Shown here in pieces: positions 30,623 through 32,437 of a stretch of 32,437 bases of DNA. The translations under genes and the position numbers were made by a program. Origin of the DNA: Octopus bimaculoides (lineage: Eukaryota); NCBI RefSeq assembly GCF_001194135.2, contig NC_068982.1, forward strand, positions 62,004,696 to 62,037,132, written 5' to 3'. Position 1 is the first letter of the stretch; every line of letters begins with the position of its first letter. Below the pieces are notes generated by a model. That model ran no database searches. It worked only from the letters and a program-made list of their open reading frames with translations, and was not told the DNA's origin.

Positions 30623-32092
30623 ATATATATAAATGTACATATATCTGTGCATATCAATATAGATAGAAACAAACACACATGCACATACACGCACACACAC
30701 ACCTGTATGTAGTCTTACAGTTAAACACATTAATGGCGATATCTTTAATTTTGTCTTTATTTTGTTTTAACTACTTCAGAATACATTCACCTTCAATTTT
30801 GTATATAGACACTAAGAAAGGAATCTCCCTGTTGTTACACAGTAAGTAAGTAAGTGCAGCTATATGAAAATGTCTTGATTCTGGTGCCACACTGTTGTGT
30901 TCTGTAGTTTGACAACAGAAAGTGTTGATGTTATTATAATTGTGTGTTTTACTAGAAATGGAAGTAGTATTGATTATTTACCTCAATGTTGATTACTGAA
31001 TAGCTTGTGGTTAAGTAGTAATAGTCTCCATGATGCTGCATACCTAAGTGACACCTGTAAATTTTGAGCTGAACATTATTATAAATAAGCAAAATCAAAT
31101 ACTGATCAAAGACTGCATAGTTTAGTTTTGCCATAAAATGAACTAATAATTTTCAGCATTTTGAAGTTGATAAAGTTCTAACAAGCTTTTAAAAGATAAT
31201 ATTCCTGTTTTTGCTCTTGTGTTTGTAATTTAATTTGAGGAATTAACCACCTTCCCCTTAAATTCTTATCCAGTTATATTATTAAATTGTATTCTCATAT
31301 AAGCTGAATTTATGTACTAAAGTCATATGTTGTGTAGTTCCGTCTATCCATCTATGGTTTAGCTTGTCTTGTAATCTTTATAATTTCAGCAACATTTAAT
31401 ATATTTGATTCTTAATATTTGAGAATAAAATGCTGGTGAATAAAACTGTCTGACATACATAACACAAGCAAAATAGATGAGATTAAGAGGATAAGTGTTC
31501 TGATAAGTAGAAAACCCTTCTGTCACAATATCCATTGTTTGAAAATAACGTCATGCCATTGGTTACAGTAAACAGCTACAGCAGCAGTGTCATGACACAC
31601 ACACATATATATATATATATAAGACATCACATAGCGATAAACCTAGAGTCAAAGTTCTGAATCCAATATTTAATATTTCTGCTGGGTTTGAACTTTTAAT
31701 TGTATAAGTACACAATTATATGAGCCAAATAAGTGAGTGAAATAAATAAATATAGATATACCTCATATATTTGTTTACTAATTTCTTTTTTTTTTATATG
31801 ATATTTTATAGTGACAAATGCAAAGTAAAAAATTCTTCCCCCAATATTGTGGTAAGATCTAAAGCTGAATTTCTAAATCCAATAATATTTGATAATTCAG
31901 CTGAGTTTGAATTTACAATTGCATAGCAGTAGTTGCTATAGTGAAGGTGAGAAAGGTGACCACATTTAGAATATGACAAATGCTGTACCTCAGCATGTAT
32001 CTCTGGTACCATAGATTACAGGACAAAGGTCAAGGTTAATGAGGTTATTTACGTCGCAGCTATTTTTTTTCTTTGTGCTAGTGTTCCTTTTT

Positions 32093-32173
32093 CATCATTT
32101 TTAATGTCCACTTTTCGTGCTTGCATGGGGCTGATGAAATTTGTTGAAGCAAATGATTTGGCTGGATGCCCTT
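32093..32173 (-). mobile_element. SINE tail type B, 3' fragment
   Basis: catcatttttaatgtccacttttcgtgcttgcatgg...ttgttgaagca...ctggatgccctt, homologous to 18160-18270. Confidence 0.7.
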
Positions 32174-32180
32174 ACTGGGA

Positions 32181-32437
32181 TCTATTCTAAAACGGGGGCC
32201 ACAGTTTTCATTAATGTTTTACGTAGTGTTTTTGGTACCGAAAGACTTTCAAACTTCGTATACTTATCTATTTTGTGTTATAGAAAAGAAAAATATTTTT
32301 GTATTCGAATTTATTTCATGTAAAAAATTGTCTTATTTCGATAATTTCAACCAATCACTGACAAGTATTCAGTTGTTTACATTTACTCCTTTGGCTGATT
32401 AAGCGGTGTAAAGCGTATTTAATCTCCATAGCTTCGT
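32181..32437 (+). mobile_element. Possible non-autonomous Helitron-like element, 5' part (runs off the window)
   Basis: Begins A^TCTATTCTAAAA, consistent with a Helitron 5' TC after A. It starts a few bases past the end of the SINE fragment and is relatively CpG-rich. The 3' end is not visible. Confidence 0.35.

Overview
Repeat-saturated, AT-rich eukaryotic DNA from a gapped draft assembly with 11 N-runs. The SINE and microsatellite repertoire resembles octopus/cephalopod DNA; that is my inference from pattern recognition, not a database result. No intact host gene, rRNA, tRNA or CRISPR array is supportable, and nearly all listed ORFs are microsatellite read-through or decayed TE frames. The window holds: two Tc1-like elements (a near-complete 1.3-kb copy with TIRs, and a second with DD36E spacing); four mariner remnants, including an 888-bp foldback with a visible template-switch junction; RTE-clade LINE fragments, one with a PHD-like Cys module after the RT core; a Hero-like RT fragment; a decayed Penelope-like element (GIY-YIG end followed by an N-terminus/RT ORF); many tRNA-derived SINEs; and a 928-bp element with 151-bp TIRs. 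The most striking unlisted signal is a set of type I hammerhead-ribozyme-like motifs at about 8 loci. Several sit as mirror pairs in long palindromes. The five well-formed loci have a palindromic or near-palindromic stem III, and they include a U3-A8 core variant and a long-stem-II form with an ACAUAUGU stem III.
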